Below are positions 46,076 through 46,076 of a stretch of DNA of 46,076 nt, one piece after another; the first letter of the stretch is position 1; every line of letters starts with the position of its first letter. The DNA is taken from positions 1 to 46,076 of the forward strand of contig JADFVM010000320.1 in assembly GCA_015222555.1 (NCBI GenBank), read 5' to 3'. A program made the position numbers and the translations under genes. Origin of the DNA: Pseudomonadota bacterium. Its GTDB lineage: Bacteria > Desulfobacterota > JADFVX01. Under the pieces are notes generated by a model. The model had not been told where the DNA came from. It saw only the letters and a program-made list of their open reading frames with translations, and made no database searches.

Positions 46076-46076
46076 A

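Noticed and set aside
1-46076. Scan for CRISPR arrays, rRNA genes, prophage, integron or transposon boundaries, toxin-antitoxin pairs, restriction-modification systems and other defence genes.
   Set aside because: I saw no spaced direct-repeat arrays, rRNA-like sequence, integrase, recombinase or intact transposase genes, or defence-type domains in any frame. This is a visual scan, not a computational one.

Overview
This is a 46-kb chromosomal segment from an AT-rich Gram-negative bacterium (roughly 40% GC by eye, not computed). Gene content looks Desulfobacterota/deltaproteobacteria-like, but that is inference only. Genes are densely packed and nearly all on the + strand.

Gene order, left to right:
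- two minus-strand PATAN/DUF4388 signalling proteins
- a non-classical (type E-like) sdhA-sdhB-CCG-subunit operon, translationally coupled to a GAF/sigma-54 enhancer-binding protein
- tsaC
- an orphan MCP, followed by a decayed IS-like fragment and a cheB 3' remnant
- two PP-loop sulfur-transferase-like genes (ThiI-like, LarE-like)
- a ~15-kb chemosensory cluster that these run straight into: DUF4388-REC-GAF, cheY, cheA, an ExeA-like AAA ATPase, an N-terminally extended cheW, cheW, mcp, a zinc-ribbon-REC protein, a HEAT-repeat protein, cheR, cheB, a coiled-coil-GAF protein and a second cheY
- trkAH, uvrC and tRNA-Pro(GGG)
- surE-pcm-yqaA-nlpD, apt and tRNA-Arg(CCT)
- a U32 protein with an Fe-S Cys motif, an M16C PreP-like protease, a TrpG/PabA amidotransferase and sixA
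- a composite leader (sigma-54 promoter, c-di-GMP-I riboswitch, intrinsic terminator) in front of an uncharacterised polytopic membrane protein

I saw no rRNA, CRISPR array, intact mobile element or recognisable defence system.

Best candidates for new biology:
1. the sigma-54 plus c-di-GMP riboswitch-gated unknown membrane-protein operon at the right edge
2. the accessory content of the Che cluster, especially the ExeA-like ATPase paired with an extended CheW, and the PATAN proteins

All family calls come from motif recognition by eye. No database search was run.
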